Shown piece by piece: positions 12,088 through 23,608 of a stretch of 33,707 nt of DNA. Below the pieces are notes generated by a model, which did not search any database, had not been told where the DNA came from, and saw only the letters and a program-made list of their open reading frames with translations. Both the position numbers and the translations under genes were made by a program. Source of the DNA: Neolecta irregularis DAH-3 (Eukaryota); NCBI GenBank assembly GCA_001929475.1, contig LXFE01001507.1, forward strand, positions 1-33,707, written 5' to 3'. The first letter of the stretch is position 1. Each line of letters begins with the position of its first letter.

Positions 12088-15000
12088 ATGGACGATGTCT
12101 CGCCGTCGCTGGTGGCCGTGGGACTGCGCGAGGCGGCCCTCGACAGCCCAACATTCAGGGCATCTGTGCGCTATGCCGAAGACCAGATCCAGGCACTCGA
12201 GAAACATCTCGAATCCTATGTCCGCATGTTCAGGGACTTCACCGCCGCTCTGCTGTGTACTGTTCTCGCTCAGCTCCGCTGACGGCCAGCCCTCGAGGAG
12301 TCCACCCAGTCTATCCTCGCCAAATCTATCCCGAGCTTCCTCACCGAGCATCTCGTGGGTATGTTGTCCGCCGCCAGCAAAGATGCTGAGACCAGATCCG
12401 GATTACACCTTGCTTACAATGCAGCGATGGTATGAGATAAGTAAGGGCCAATTCGAGAGCTTCTTTGGCAGGGTCCGTCTGCTGCAGACGAACATCTCAT
12501 TTTTCAGGCTAAAGTCAACGATAACCTTATCGCCGAGTCCCTTTCCAGCTTCTTGCGTTCGGATATCAAGGAAATGAAAGTATCAATCGTACCCCGAGGA
12601 GTGCTAATGGCTAGGAAAGCCGGAGACAGTTCCATCATGTTCAGGAGCGATACGACAACCTGCTGAACAGATATCACAGTCAATCCAAAAGTAAGGAATC
12701 AAGCGCTTTGCGAGAGGTAAATTAACATTTGTTGCTCTTGTCTGATGAATGAGGATGCCTTTCAATTATTCGAATCACGAAGAGAGTATCTCCAAATCTC
12801 ACTCGCTTATTCATCCAAGATCGCCACATTTCGTGCATCTCTCAATACTGTACTTGTCACATCGTTTGGTCGTTCGGCAATAACCTGTTCCAATCAATAT
12901 GCCGAACTTGGAAAATCTGTTGCACCCGTATGTGATGAACTCTCGCGAATCCTTAAATGGAACGAAGAAATGAGCAAATCTCATTCTTCATTCGAGGCAC
13001 GTCTACTTGACGAGCGAACAAGATTGGAAGAACATGCAATAGAAAGATTCACGCCTCCTCGAGACTTGGGCGAATATGCTGTTAGTACTCTCGTCTCTCC
13101 CGGTGGAATCGATGAAAGTGAACTCAATGGACGACCAATAAAACAGGGCTGGTTGTTTGTGAAGACGGCTAACGCAAACAAATCTACAAGAGTCACTTGG
13201 GTGAGACGATGGGTCTATATCAAAGATGGAATGATTGGGTGGCTCATTCCGGGACAAAGAGGTGTTGAAGAGGGTGAGAAGATTGGCGTTCTGTTGTGTA
13301 ATGCAAAGACAGCTGTTCAAGAGGATCGAAGGTTTTGTTTCGAGGTTTTAACGAAGAAGTTTGTGTCCAACTCTCCCGGCTACTGATTAAATAGCTCTGG
13401 ATCGGTTTTTCAAGCTGAAACCGAGGGACAACTCGCAGAATGGCTAAAGACGCTTGAACTTGCTAAACGAGCTGCGGTAGATGTATCATCTCCACAACCT
13501 CATGCGTCGATGATAATTCCACCATTTTACGCCGACTTTGCCGCTCCAGATGATCGCATTGAACCCGTCGAACAACTCAAACTCGGCCGATCTGCCTCTG
13601 AAAAGGAACCTGTACATACTAAGATTTCTCAGAAATTTGAAGCGAGACATAATAAGAACCGCGTTATATCAACGTCAGGTTCATCCCTTCCACAGATATC
13701 GCAACCGAGAAGAATAACAGACTTGAAATTTCAAGGGGAAAGTTCAGGTCTTGCGCCGAATACGTTGATCTCGCCTCCGGTTAGCACAGAACTCAGTGGA
13801 AAGGCAGTTGTCGCCGCAAGCTATGGCGATGTTCAGAATATCCCCAGCGGTGGCTTAGCAAATTATTGGGGATCAACGAATTGGGGATTAGTTTCTACCG
13901 TGGCTCAAATTGATCCTGGAAGTGACTGGATTCTATCAGGTCCAGAAGCTGTCGCTGATTCTGCATTGCTAGCCAGAGAAAAACAAGGTGTTATTAGACG
14001 TTCGTCGATAAGAGGACGGCCGGGAAGCAGCGATGAGAGGAAATTTCCTACTGGGTACCCCGCAGAATTGGAAAAACACGACGCCCAATTTCGAGCTTTG
14101 TTTCCCGGAGTTCGTCGAGATGACTTTGTACTTTTCGGTATCTGCTTTACGCCTCGAGGTACTAACGCAAGTTTTTCGAGCTGCCTGGAGACTAAATCAT
14201 TTTCATCATTTCTCAGGACGAATTTATGTTACCATGAATGGTATTTATCTGTACTCTTATTGCTATGGAACAATCATGATGGTACTCCTTTATTTACGTT
14301 ACAAATTCAAACTATGCAGCAATCATATCCTTTCTCCTCAATTCAAACAATCAAAGCTTTTAGCGGCCATCTCTGCGATTACCTTTTACTCAAATCTATT
14401 GGCAGGAAAATAAAAATACACGTTTATCTCGATTCAATACATACGGTTCAGCAAAGAATGGACCTTATCCTACGAAACAGTAAAGCAACAGACAAACTCG
14501 AAATTCCGGAAATCTTTAATCGCCTGAGGGATTTCGAGGACCGTGGGCCCCTGGAAAGTGCAGATGAGGAACAGGTTGACGAAAGTGACCCAGAACCAAT
14601 GTCACCCCATGAAGACAATACGTTCGCGAGTACCGTAAGAGGCATTGATGGGAGAGGCATTCTGCCCCCGCTGGTTGAATAGACTGACCAGTCAGTCAAG
14701 CGCGTTGTTCGGTTGAAATTGCCATCTGAACCAATGACATGCGGATGCGAGAATCATCTAGATCGTATCGTTTACGATGGTGACTTTGAAATTTCGGCAA
14801 AAGCTATGTTTCATCTTATGTTTGGGGACAATTGTAGGCTCTGGAGTGGGATGTATAGCTCACTTGTTGGCTCCGAAGGTATTTCCTATTATTAAAGAGG
14901 GATTTCATCTGCAAAGACTTGGAACAACAGCCTTGGAAATCTGATGGCAAACTATCGAGGAGAGCATTTCAGTATAATGTCGGCTACGAAGATTCCCTAA

Positions 15001-16284
15001 GTATAAATATTTGTTTGTTAGGCGTGATTGACTGTTAGATCGGAAGAGACGAGTACCTATCACCGAAAACCAATGCATTGAGAAACGAGATGAACATTTG
15101 TAGGTCAAACCTAGAATCTGCTAATTCCAAGATGCTACGTCATCACCGATTCTAAGCATTCCTGGAATCTTCCTCATGCCGAGAGCTTCATCCTAGAATC
15201 TAAGTTCTGCATTACCCACATCAGTAAATTTAAGTGTAAACTGAAGATCTCAGTAGGAATTCGATGGCTTAAGACGTATTTCGGTATCAAATGTATCATT
15301 CCCTTCTTCCTCCTGTGAAGCTGACTAGTTAGCCCTCGTGTCTCGAGCAGCCAACACCGAAGTCAGCGATTTTGCTGCGCAGATAGTTTTGATTACGAAA
15401 GCACAAGTTGTTCAACTGAAAGATAGACACGATTCTTCGGGTATTGTTAGACTTTTTGGAGCCGTTGGAAGTCAGACGGAACCAATTTATTTCAATGCAG
15501 ATTCAGAAACCAGCAAACTCACTTCGGATATCGATCCAACCTCACCGAGACTCCCTATTCGAGCCCGATCAACAGCAAGCCTGATTATCGAAAGTCTCAT
15601 GAGCTTTGGGCTGATTGCTTCGAGTTCGATAGTCCAGGTTTCCTTTACTGCATACAAAGCAACCACGGTGTTTTTATCGGCGCAGTGGTTACTAATAGCT
15701 ATTCTCGGTGTGTCTATATTGGTTAATTTGCTTCTTGGAGGAAAGTCGACTGTTGCTTTTTGGAGTGAAAGAAGTGCTACCGTGTGGTTGGACAGTATTG
15801 GCGTGAAGCCGAATATGAGAATGTCCAAGGCTGTATATCTTCAGGATTTGGATGATATGATACAGCAAGCTCAAGTTCCTTGGAGCACAAATTCAACATG
15901 GTACATTCACCTTCTTCCCCCTCGGCTAATTTACATAGCTTTCGCAAGTTTCAGAAAATATATATTGAAACAGACCTCAATGAAGATGCGAAAATTTCCA
16001 CAGCGGCAGAATATTACAACCCTGCAACTCGTCGGATGGCAACCCAGATCCTACAATCCCGGCAACGACTTGGAGCATTGCGGCATGACGTTCTTGTATC
16101 TCTTCGCATGATCGCTGGAATTGAAAAAACCTTGATAAAAGCAGAATGGGAAAATTGGCTCAAAGAAGAAAGTTTGAAATGCGAGCAAGTTAGTGGTGAT
16201 TCATTGTACAATAAGGAGCTGGGCCGGTATTGCGGAGACTGCTTGGTGGATTTGGCAAAATTAAATGGAATCTCGGAAATATAA
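12088..16284 (+). CDS. SIP3: Sip3/Lam1-type membrane-contact-site protein (BAR-PH-GRAM-VASt, C-terminal TM), multi-exon
   Basis: VGLREAALDSPTFRAS BAR start; KESSALREDAFQLFE; PH domain KQGWLF...WVRRWVYIKDG...RRFCFEV; LANYWGSTNWG; HDAQFRALFP; VASt region ISAKAMFHLMFGD; TM segment; EWENWLKEE..KC tail. Confidence 0.9.
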
Positions 16285-16830
16285 CCTAGGATAGGAGGGA
16301 TTTCTGTGGCGTCTTGTAGCCGGACGGTGTTACTTCCATTTGTTATCATGAAAAAAGAGCAAGAAATCCGGCAGGATACCAAATTGTCTTTCTCTATCTT
16401 ATTTTCTTTCAATGAGATCCATCGCGTATCGCTACCGAGTAATCTACATAATCTACCAAAGTACCTGCAAATCAACAGTAATGGAGATAACGTATTATGA
16501 CCAATGTCCGCCTTGCGACAACAGTCATGTATATGGAAAATAAGTCTCGCATCATCTAATTGTAAAAGACAATCTGATATTTCTAGTTACTTTAATCTCG
16601 TAACAGCTTTCCTCTTCCTCGACCTTGATAATCTATTTTTATCAAACCCGAGAAGGTCCACATCCAAGGCACTCTCAATCTGAGCAGTAGCAGACATCAA
16701 AAACTACAAATGAGGTAATCCTTCTTCGTACCTTGCAATTCTGTCTATTGTACATGTTCAAGAAGAGCCAAAACTGATTCCCCGCCAAAAAGATGCAACT
16801 ACCCGATCTACCATACAAAACTTTGAAGTA

Positions 16831-19157
16831 TTAAATTATGTTAAGCTCGTCATCGCTGAAATCTCGAGATATAATTTTTCTCTTCTTTCTCGGTTTATTA
16901 ATGTTAGTCTCAATGCCCGTCAAAGGTGTAAGTGATCTCGTTCGCTTTTTGAGAGGTATACATAGTTCATCGAGTTCATAATCGCTATTCCTATTTCGCT
17001 TGAGACGATTCGCCGACTTCGTTCGACGGATCGGCGTAAGCGGGGAATCTGCTCCAATAGACAATTTCTCACTCGTATATTCGCCTGTCGACCTTAAACA
17101 GGTCGTAGAAGTTATTGCCAATGGGCGAGCAGTTAGGTCGGAATCCTCGACCGATAATAGCGAGGAGTCAAGTCCAATTTCGGAATCCGAATCAATATCA
17201 TCAACTTTCTCATTATTATATCTCCTTTCTAGTTGTGATAAGTTAGAAGACTGACTTCTCCGAGAAGTATTCTCTCCTTCGGTCAACCCTTTCGCAGCTG
17301 AGATATCTGTGAGTTCAAAAGATTTGCCACTCTTGAGCTTAACCAGAGGCGAACTCATTCCAGGCGTAGTCTGTTGTTTCTGTGCCTTGTAAATATTGAA
17401 CCAATGCTTGGCATGTTTAACCGAAGTTGAGGCAGAATTTAGGGGTTTTTTAATGGATGAGTAGGCCGGTAATGAGAGAAGACCGGAGCGTTTTCGAATA
17501 GTACGGGGTGTTGTAAGATGGGATGCTGGTGATGAGGAAGCAGATACAGATCGGTTTCCATCATCGTTATTCCGTTGAGGACTAGATTCTTCCGTCAACA
17601 AAGATGGTGACTGCTCAATGATTGATTTATGGAGGAGAGGAGACTTTTTGGGCGTTGCTTCGATCCATCCTTGGATTAAATTCTCCCATTTCCTGTGATA
17701 TCAGATTTTCGAAGTCTCACAAGAGTACCAAGATTTGTTTGTGGATGACAAGACTCCCAATTGAACAGCCTTATTCTCAAGTTCAGCGATCCAACTTCCG
17801 AAATCTTCTTCATCTGGATGTTCTCTCTGCCAACAACTCGCTATAGCGATTGCTAACCCACTGAACTTGATCGAATCCATTTCTTTTATCAAACGAGCTA
17901 TATTCTCCTTTGTCAGATACACGTTAGCCGATAACCTCAAGTCATTTCGGAATGTCGAAGATTTATGCGTATGAGTATATAGATGCGAAAGAAGATATTC
18001 AATAACAGGGTCGTCTGGATCAATTTGTATGGCACGAATGCCAAGCAAGTAACCAACAGATGGGAAGGGAGTAGTCCAGCTTTCGGCGATGGCATTCTTC
18101 CATCGGAGGATGATTCTGGCAAGGTAACATACTGCCTGATTCCATTTTCCGCCCAAGTCAAAACTTGTCCGGACAAGTTCCGATGCAATGGCCTTCATTC
18201 TACTCAATGAGACGTCGAACTTTTGCGCGTTTGAAGCACATTTTCTCTTAAACCGTCGGACGCAAATTTCGAATATCCGAACGACTATTGGAAGGGAAGG
18301 TTCGGACAAGGGAAAAAGTATCTCGGGGAGGAGGGCAGGGTGGACAATATGATCAATGGTGAGTGTTTGCTGAAGGTAAGATTTAAAAAGACGGGGACGA
18401 TGAATGTGATAGGATAGTAATTGCAAGAGGTAGTATGCTGAGCCGGGCGTATCAATGGTAAATTTAGTTTGCTCGAACAGAGTTTTCAGGAGGATTTCAG
18501 CCTTTGATTAGTGTACAAGTCCTGAAATATGTGAAGCACCTGATCGAAAGCCTCGTATTCCGCTGCAAGTACAACTAAAGCCGGAAGTAAAGACTTGAGA
18601 TTTTCGCCTTTTTCGACAATCAATTGCGTTGCATGACCGATGATCAACGAGCGAGTCCACTGCTCAGGAACGCTGTCGTACCATTCGTCTTCATCGACAT
18701 CATCCATTGCAGTCCAAACTATGCACCGCCCGACAACTTCTGCTGATCTCTGTGCGAGTGATTTCATATTGGAAGGTGGACGAGGAAGATGTTTTAAAAT
18801 CGCCTCGAAGGCATTGAAAGTTCCGGTATAAGCCAGTGCAACAGAAGGACTCGGGGCTTCATTCCGAGCATTGATTAGGAGAGGTTCGACACGTAGCTCA
18901 CGAATTTCTCGGAGTTCGTTTCGGGTCTGAAGTTTTTGGCCATACTTGCGAATGTTGTGACGCTCTTGTACATTCTGTTGCTGATCACGGCTAAGTTTCC
19001 CAGGGGAAACGGTGGCAATACTGTTACCTGAAGCGATCGATTTCTCCAAAGCGGTGAGCTTCATTTTGAGAGGTCGAATGATGCGATGGCATTTTGAGCT
19101 TGGCCAGGGAGTGCTTGGCTCGGTACTTGCGGGGTGGCTATAGGGATGGAGGGACAT
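16831..19157 (-). CDS. Uncharacterised fungal protein (~750 aa) with helical N-terminal half and disordered S/T-P-rich basic tail; 3 exons
   Basis: Three ORF-track segments join in frame via two short GT-AG introns (~18500-18540 and ~17690-17730). Motifs PWPSSKCHRIIRPL, WKWENLIQGWIEATP, KPRKKRK and FSDDEL. Confidence 0.8.
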
Positions 19158-19178
19158 CGCAGATACACCGGTAGGGAC

Positions 19179-19210
19179 ACGCGGGGAAAGGTGAAGCAAA
19201 CTAGACGCGT
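19179..19210. promoter_or_regulatory. MCB-like elements (ACGCGT at 19205-19210; ACGCG at 19179-19183)
   Basis: A perfect MluI box and a core match within about 55 bp upstream of the ATG at 19157. Confidence 0.35.
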
Positions 19211-19360
19211 TCCTATCACGACTCGCCCTGAATGTTTCTCGGGGTTTAGTGAATTAACGAGTATCAACCAGGACATTATACAACATGAAGACCCACGTGT
19301 AAAGCAGGAACCCCCATATTGCATATCTATGACAAATACAACCCGCCTGTAATGAAGAAT

Positions 19361-21056
19361 CTATTGGAAATCAAACGAGAACCCGCCCGGTCCTCGCCCA
19401 CGACCTCCACCAGGAAAGCCTCCTCCCATACCTCCCATGCTATTCATCATTTGGAATAAGATTTCTGGATCAATTCCACCTGTTGCATGTCCTCCACCAA
19501 AACCACCTCCGTGGCCCATGAGGTCGCTTTCGAGATCTGCGCCGCTATCATATCGCGCCCTCTTCTGAGGATTGGAGAGTATCTCGAAGGCTTCGGCAAT
19601 ATCCTTGAACCGTGCTTCGGCTTCTGGGTCGTTTTGGTTCTTATCAGGATGATTTTCAAGTGCCGCTATATAGTGAGCTTGCAATGCTTTCAGATGCTAG
19701 GTACCTTTTCGATAAGCTTTCTTAATTTCAGCGTCCGAGGCATCCTTTGAAACCGATAGAATTTTGTAGTAATCCTTCCGCTCACTCTTTTTTAGTTCAA
19801 GTTCAGCGGCGCGAAGTTCCTGGCGTAAGGCTGAGTCGCTTGCATCCTTCTCGATGGCAGATTTAAAATCGGCGATAGATTCCTTGAAACGATCCATCTT
19901 GAGGTATAATCGAGCACGAGTTTTCAATGGTTTCGTGAAGTCAGGATCCAGCTTTAATGCTAACGTGCAATCGTCTATCGCTTTCTCATTCTCACCAAGC
20001 TGTTTATAATCAGTATTACTCTAGAAAAATGGCAACCATACTTTCATGAAACAGGTCGCTCGATTGGAGTAAATCCGAGAGTTTGTATACCAAACATTCT
20101 CATCAATCTCCAGCGCCTCTGTGTATAAATTTTTCGCCTCTTCCAAGTTACCGTTCTTGAAGGCCTCATTCCCCCCCGTCTTTTTATTTTCCAAAATTTT
20201 GGTCTTTTTGAGATTCAGTCTTGCGATGGTACAGTCGGGATCAACTCTTAGAGCTTCCGTATAATGTGCCATCGCCTTGCTGTTTTCTCCTTGTGAAAAT
20301 AACACGTTTCCTCTTGCAACAAAGGCATCAGGATCCCTTTGATTCTGGCGAAGAATATCCATGGCTAATGATGATGCTGAGTCTGTATTCTTGCTCTGGA
20401 TCAGGGCTTCAATCTTCATCAATAGCCAGGGTTTTGGAAGTGGGACATGGTGCCCGAGGAATCGCGACGCTTGTGAAATCGAATTGAGTGCTAGTCCTCC
20501 ATGATTCGAAGCAAGCATATATTTGGCTTGATTTATAAGATTCTGCATTTCTTGGGCGACAGAAATTTCTGATGTAGGATGGGAGACTTTATGGTAGGTT
20601 ATCAAAGCTTCTGAAGGTCGTCCAAGTAATGTTTGGATCTTTGCGATGCTGTCGATTAGAAAAGCGTTTCGATACTAGGTACCGGAGGAGAGTCTTTTGA
20701 TTGCGAGGTGTAAGCATGTCAGCTTTCTCAGAATCGCGAAGAGCTAGATCTATCATATTATAAGCAGCAAATTTTCGATAGGGAGACTACCATAGTCACC
20801 GGTCTGCATATAGGCGGCTGCTCTATTTCCCAGGAAAACCGTATTTTGGGGCTCCATGTCTAGTATGATTAAAAGGTTTGATATGCTCATGATTCTTACG
20901 GATAGCAGTGGAGTATTCTTCAATTGCATTTTTGTAATCCCTGTTCTTGTAATATTCGTTGCCAAGACTTTTGTGGTCTTCTGCAGTGAGGGTACGGCTC
21001 TCATTCGAGCAAAAGCTAGATGGCGGGGTGGTTTCCACGTGTGGGGTATCGGTCAT
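19361..21056 (-). CDS. DNAJC7/Tpr2-type TPR plus J-domain co-chaperone, 6 exons
   Basis: TPRs ([39 protein letters not shown]...[10 protein letters not shown]), J domain [33 protein letters not shown], and a G/F-rich tail. Confidence 0.93.
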
Positions 21057-22223
21057 TCGTGAAAAAAGGGAAATAAAAAATGTGTGAACGACGGGCAGGT
21101 GAAGTGGTTAAGTGTCAATCAATTGCGGCTGAAATCCTCGATGCAAGTTAGATTCAAACCTTTTTATACCATCCTATTTCCTGTACTAAATCATAATACA
21201 ATAACAAACTATATTATCACTCTATCAATAGAATCTCGTTATTCACCCATTTCAGGATTCAACTCCTTCATCGACTCATATTTTCTTTTCCAGTGATATC
21301 TGTCAGACTTGCCGTCAAATAATTCAAACTGTCTCTTATTTTTCCATCCTAACCTCGTCTTACATCTGACAAGAAGATATCTGGTTTCTACTCTAGAATC
21401 GATTTTGCAATACTGAGAATTTCACTACGTGAGCATCTTCCCGCTCTTAGCCGAGCAGAGTATCGGAAAAATAGCAGGCATAGTTTGGTTTTTGCACATT
21501 TCACTGGGTGCGTTTTGTTGACGATATTATCACATTTCTTGTATTAATGTACCAAAAACGATCTTATTGAGCGACTGGTCACTCAAAAAGCTTAAAAAGT
21601 CTTGTCAGTGTTGTAAAGTACATGATCATAACTTGCTATCCTGTTTATTATTGTTGAATAATGTTTATATTCTTGGACCTAACCGGACAGGATTTCAAGA
21701 GTATAGTACTTTGCATCTTATTGAGGCAATTGATCGGTTGAATTGAAACTTCCGGCAGAGCGGGGTATCAAAATAAAATTAACAAATTGTAAGAAGTAGT
21801 TCACTATCGATCCATTTGTTTCTTTGGTTGAAGTGACTGCATGTCTGTACGCTAATATCTTCGAGACTACTGACTGACCAATCGGGGATATGCTTATTCT
21901 GAACCCCAAAATTTTCACCAGAAAGCACCGGAGATCTAAGAACTAGATCTGAGAACGTCTCGGTGAGATAAGGGATTAAATGGAGGTAGAGTCGTGGGTT
22001 GATTAAGTTGACTGTCTACTCGATGAAAATTTTTGATCCCGTAAAAATGGTAAAAGAACCCTAAGGCTTTTCAAAATATATTACAGTGTGCTTTCCCATC
22101 GGTTTCAATGTGTAAATTATCGAATATTGAAAATCCAGTGTTGACAGTCATGCTGGGTCAGTAGGTCGTTTATCTCCTGGCAATCATTAATCAATTACCT
22201 TCCGAAGCCACCACAAAGTCAAC

Positions 22224-23140
22224 ATGAGCGGCGAATCTCGACAAGAACTTCTGACATGGGTAAATCAATTGTTAAATCTTAACTACACAAAGATCGAACA
22301 AATGGGTACCGGTAAGCACAGCTGGCTCCCGTTTAGTGGATAATAATTTTTAGGAGCTGCGCATTGTCAAATCATAGACTCCATATATGGCATTTTTCTT
22401 TAGATATCTCGACTAACTGAATAGAGGATATTCCCATGACCAGAGTAAGAGTATGTGATTGATTCCCTTTCGAGATATTGAATTGAAACTCTAAAAGTTC
22501 AATGCCAAAGCCGAATACGAGTACATACAAAATTTCAAGATCATGCAAAATGCTTTCGCAAAGCACGGTATTGATAAACTGGCGCCTGTGGAGCGTCTTG
22601 TCAAGTGCAAATTTCAAGACAATCTCGAATTTATGCAATGGATGAAACGATACTGGGATCAGAATTTCCCTGGCGGGGATTACAATTGCAACGAACGAAG
22701 AACTTCAAAAGGTGGTGGGAGGAGCACACCTGCTGGTGCTCGGCCGGTTACACTAAAGAAACCTGGGATGCCTGCCTCGACCGGCGGAGCAGCAATTCGT
22801 AACCGGACACCAACAAATCCCCCTAATGCTGCCGGTGGTTCAAGTCTTGTGACCATTCAGCTTCAGAATCAGGTTACTGAACTGCAAGAATCGATTCTTG
22901 GCCTGGAAAAAGAAAGAGATTTTTACTTTTCCAAATTGCGAGACATTGAGCTTGTCTTGCAGGAACATGGGGAAGAGGTTGAGCGTAGTGAAGTTTTGCA
23001 AGACATTCAAAAGATTCTTTACTCTACAGAGGCATGTCTACTACAGGCAATATTGCATGCTAACTCTGTAGGAGGGCTTTGAGGTTCCAGAAGAAGAGGG
23101 CACCGAAGCATATGCGGTGGATGACGCGGAAACATTTTAG
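22224..23140 (+). CDS. BIM1: EB1-family microtubule plus-end protein Bim1/Mal3, 5 exons
   Basis: MSGESRQELLTWVN; CH domain KCKFQDNLEFMQW; EBH domain LEKERDFYFSKLRDIE...ILYSTEEGFEVP; acidic-aromatic tail DAETF*. Confidence 0.96.
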
Positions 23141-23608
23141 ATTGAGTGATAATTGAGCTTAGTTCAAGGTCGACGCTGAAAACAGAAAATGATGTAACAT
23201 TGTTCGACTACTTTGCATAATGTACCTTGGCGAATACACGTATTATGCCTTGAGCCCTAGCCATGGCACTCAGCTTCGGCTCTTACAAGACATGTTTTCA
23301 GGACAAATTTGCGAAATGTGATTTTAGGATAACTGACTCTTATAGACTCGCGCCGCCATGTACATCAGCATGACGCATGCAACAAAATTTTATGCGTTTT
23401 CGGGTGTTGAAATGCTACATAAATCGTGAGCCTGGTAGAGAACCGCATAGAAAAGATGTAAATGCTTGACCAATGAAGAGATGGGCGATAAGGGTTATCG
23501 ACTGTGACTTCTATTTGTTGATCCTGATCAGAGTCAACAACCTCATTTCATATTGCCTGCAAAGATCACGGTGTAACCTCTCCCGGATCCTTTGCAGCTC
23601 CATCTACT

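Noticed and set aside
14636..14695. Possible third GC-AG intron in SIP3 (donor G/GCATTC)
   Set aside because: A canonical GTAAGA donor at 14636 with the acceptor at 14691 also restores the frame, so the GC donor is not required.
16300..16760. Intron-like segments and short minus-strand frames between SIP3 and the uncharacterised gene
   Set aside because: Every splice combination I tried hit early stops and no motif was recognisable; likely convergent 3' UTR sequence.
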